Assembly (NCBI RefSeq): GCF_001564455.1
Contig: NZ_CP011391.1
Coordinates: forward strand, 60,001-92,000
From: Faecalibaculum rodentium
Lineage (GTDB): Bacteria; Bacillota_I; Bacilli_A; Erysipelotrichales; Erysipelotrichaceae
Length of the DNA: 32,000 bases
Direction of reading: 5' to 3'
Shown here: positions 29,781-32,000 of the stretch, piece after piece
Layout: the number at the start of each line of letters is the position of its first letter
How positions within the stretch are numbered: position 1 is the first letter of the stretch
Position numbers and translations under genes: made by a program
The notes under the pieces: model-generated
What the model saw: the letters and a program-made list of their open reading frames with translations, nothing else
Databases searched by the model: none
Told to the model about the DNA's origin: nothing

Positions 29781-30326
29781 ATGCTGGAAACGGTCCGGTT
29801 CCCCAGGGACCAGAAGGATCTCTTCGACTGGATGATGCAGGGAAAAACCATGCCGGAGATCGAAGAGGAATGCCTGCAACAGGTACAGACACTGGGAAAG
29901 GAACTGGATCTTCTGCAGCTTGCGGGTCCGGAGAGTCACCTGGTCAAGCCCCTTCGCTATGAAATCATGAAGATCCCCGGCGGGACCGGCTGGCAGGCAG
30001 AGATCCTGAAACCCCGTCTGATGCCCCTCTCTGTGCTTCGCCGCTACCATACGCTGACATCGCGGGAGGAAAGCCTGCTGGCCAATCAGCTTGCTGCAGC
30101 CCTGCGGGAAGCGAAAAAAGCCCGGCTTCACAAAAACCGGGTTCTGGAATCGGATGTATATGTCGCCCAGGAACATGAATTCCTGCTGGACCTGACCGGT
30201 CTGGACTGGCCGGTGGTGCCGCAGGAAGAGTGTGATACGCTGGAAACCTTGGTGGATGTGGTCAGAGATCCGGATCTACGTCAGCGTCTGCGCCGGCAGC
30301 CTCTGTTCGGCGATGTTTCTGAATGA
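29781..30326 (+). CDS. Hypothetical cytoplasmic protein of unknown function; the start is either 29781 (strong SD) or 29712
   Basis: Host-like codon usage along 181-204 codons. AGGAG (29771-29775) lies 5 nt before the ATG at 29781. The upstream in-frame ATG at 29712 has no SD. I do not recognise any family motif with confidence. Confidence 0.55.
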   Translation: MLETVRFPRDQKDLFDWMMQGKTMPEIEEECLQQVQTLGKELDLLQLAGPESHLVKPLRYEIMKIPGGTGWQAEILKPRLMPLSVLRRYHTLTSREESLLANQLAAALREAKKARLHKNRVLESDVYVAQEHEFLLDLTGLDWPVVPQEECDTLETLVDVVRDPDLRQRLRRQPLFGDVSE

Positions 30327-32000
30327 CACGCAGGAACGCCTGACCATATTTTCTCAGCTTGATCTCGCCAATCCCCTGCACCCGGAGCATCTCTTCCTTC
30401 GTGCAGGGCTTTTTCGATGCCATGGCATGCAGCGTTGCATCGTTGAACACAGCATAGGCCGGGATCCGGTGTTTCTGCGCAATGGTTCTCCGGACATCCC
30501 GCAGTGCCTCAAAGAGCTCATCGCTTTCCTCCAGGACGGTATACCGTTCGGCAGAGGTGGCGGTTTTCACTGTCACGGGACTGTGGGAGGAAATTGCCCG
30601 GCAGGCTTTTGGCGTCAGGGACAGGATGGGATAGTCTCCCGTCACCTGCAGGTATCCGTTTTCGCAGAGCTGCGTCACCAGTGTTTCCAGCAATCTGGCT
30701 GTGTGCTCCCGAAGCTTTCCGTATGCCGGGTTTGTCTTCAGGTTCCGGCTGCGGATGAATTCTGTATCCGCACCACGCAGCACTTCGATGACACGCTTCT
30801 GACCGAACCGGGATCCGGTCCGGACAATGCCCGCAAAGATGGCCATGGCCATTGCAGTCACATCCCGGTCCTCGTAGTCTGCCAGACAGTTGGAGCACTT
30901 GCCACAGTCCTCCCCCGGATCCTCCCCGAAGTACCGGAGGATCTGTGAACGCAGACAGCTTGTGGACTGTGCATAGGACCGCATCTGGAACAGTCGGTCC
31001 ATGTCGCGCTTCTTCACCAGCTGTGCTTCCTCCTGCGACAGCTCGGGGTTCGGGTCGCCGTTTTCAATCATGTAGGACTGCAGCCGCAGATCCTGGGGAC
31101 TGTACAGCAGAATGCACTGAGCCGGATCACCGTCCCGTCCGGCACGCCCGGCTTCCTGGTAATAGGCCTCCATGGAAGCCGGCATCTGGTAGTGGATGAC
31201 GTAGCGGACATCCGGCTTGTTGATGCCCATGCCGAAGGCATTGGTGGCCACGATCACCGGAATGCGGTCATAAATGAAGTCCTCCTGGGTCTGCCGCCGC
31301 TGCTCTTCGCCAAGCCCCGCATGGTAGGGTCGTGCGCTGAGTCCGCGTTTTGCAAGGTGTGCGGCTACTTCTTCCACGGTTTTCCGCGTTGCGCAGTAGA
31401 CGATACCGGACTGATCCCGGTGCTGCCTGATCAGATATGTCAGGGCTGTCAGCCGGTCGCTTTCCCGGTGCACCTGCCACGTGAGATTGGGCCGGTCAAA
31501 TCCCGTCACGACCTGCACAGGGGTCTGCAGGCCAAGCAGGCTGATGATCTGCTGCCGGACCGGGCCTGTGGCTGTGGCTGTGAACGCTGCAACCGGCGGA
31601 CGCTGGGACAGGGATTCTATGAACTCCCGGATTTTCAGATAGGATGGCCGGAAGTCCTGTCCCCATTGCGAGACGCAGTGGGCTTCATCCACCGCAATGA
31701 GGCTGATATCCAGCTCCCGGCAGATATCGAGAAACGCCGGTGCCATCAGGCGCTCGGGTGCCGCATACACGATTTTGTACTGCCCCTGCCGCAGTCTTGC
31801 AAGCGCTGTTTTGTATTGCGCGGCAGACAGGGAGCGGTTGAAATACGCAGCGGGGATCCCTGCTGCCACCAGTTCCCGGACCTGATCCTGCATAAGGCTG
31901 ATGAGAGGTGAAATCACCAGCGTGACTCCAGGGCAAGCGAGGGCCGGCACCTGGAAGCAGATGGACTTGCCTGCACCGGTGGGCATCACAGCCAGGAGAT
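30262..32000 (-). CDS. recQ: ATP-dependent DNA helicase RecQ (N-terminus beyond the window end)
   Basis: Has MPTGAGKS (Walker A), the DEAH-box variant VDEAHCVSQWGQDFRP, TNAFGMGINKPDVR, QEAGRAGRDG, the Zn cluster CGKCSNC and a C-terminal HRDC domain (..YAVFNDATLHAMA..). The frame stays open to position 32000. Confidence 0.93.
   Translation of the reverse strand, partial: LLAVMPTGAGKSICFQVPALACPGVTLVISPLISLMQDQVRELVAAGIPAAYFNRSLSAAQYKTALARLRQGQYKIVYAAPERLMAPAFLDICRELDISLIAVDEAHCVSQWGQDFRPSYLKIREFIESLSQRPPVAAFTATATGPVRQQIISLLGLQTPVQVVTGFDRPNLTWQVHRESDRLTALTYLIRQHRDQSGIVYCATRKTVEEVAAHLAKRGLSARPYHAGLGEEQRRQTQEDFIYDRIPVIVATNAFGMGINKPDVRYVIHYQMPASMEAYYQEAGRAGRDGDPAQCILLYSPQDLRLQSYMIENGDPNPELSQEEAQLVKKRDMDRLFQMRSYAQSTSCLRSQILRYFGEDPGEDCGKCSNCLADYEDRDVTAMAMAIFAGIVRTGSRFGQKRVIEVLRGADTEFIRSRNLKTNPAYGKLREHTARLLETLVTQLCENGYLQVTGDYPILSLTPKACRAISSHSPVTVKTATSAERYTVLEESDELFEALRDVRRTIAQKHRIPAYAVFNDATLHAMASKKPCTKEEMLRVQGIGEIKLRKYGQAFLRVIQKHRRTEAAGADADVDPDL

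Overview
GC-rich (by eye, mid-50s % GC) chromosomal window. The 16S sequence has signatures I associate with Erysipelotrichales (Bacillota): TAGGGAATTTTCGTCAATGGGCGCAAGCCTGAACGAGC and GGAATGATTGGGCGTAAAGGGTGCGCAGGCGG. This placement has not been checked against any database. The content is mostly housekeeping. In order: a histidine-phosphatase gene broken by one in-frame TGA; deoR-family regulator and nagB; a translationally coupled yhhQ-tgt queuosine-salvage pair; a 16S-23S rRNA operon with tandem promoters, boxA-like elements, processing stems and its own terminator but no 5S or tRNA; uvrA-hprK; trxB; a small serine recombinase; a darA plus rubrerythrin-like operon; a membrane-anchored polysaccharide deacetylase with Ig-like repeats; purD-fhs; an SDR epimerase-like gene; an AI-2E transporter; purF; trxA; a second, apparently catalytically dead, serine-recombinase paralog; aldehyde dehydrogenase; a GNAT acetyltransferase; a secreted CHAP peptidoglycan hydrolase; an orphan protein; and recQ (partial). 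I found no CRISPR array, defence island, prophage or clear mobile element, and nothing I can defend as a novel multi-gene system. The observations most worth a second look are the dead recombinase paralog together with an intact orphan recombinase 10.5 kb away, the divergent substrate-pocket motif of the yhhQ-coupled Tgt, the in-frame TGA at a conserved Gly codon, the rRNA operon without 5S, two long homopolymer tracts (A7, T16), and an unannotated 390-bp spacer. The many long ORFs antisense to real genes are GC-driven shadows.
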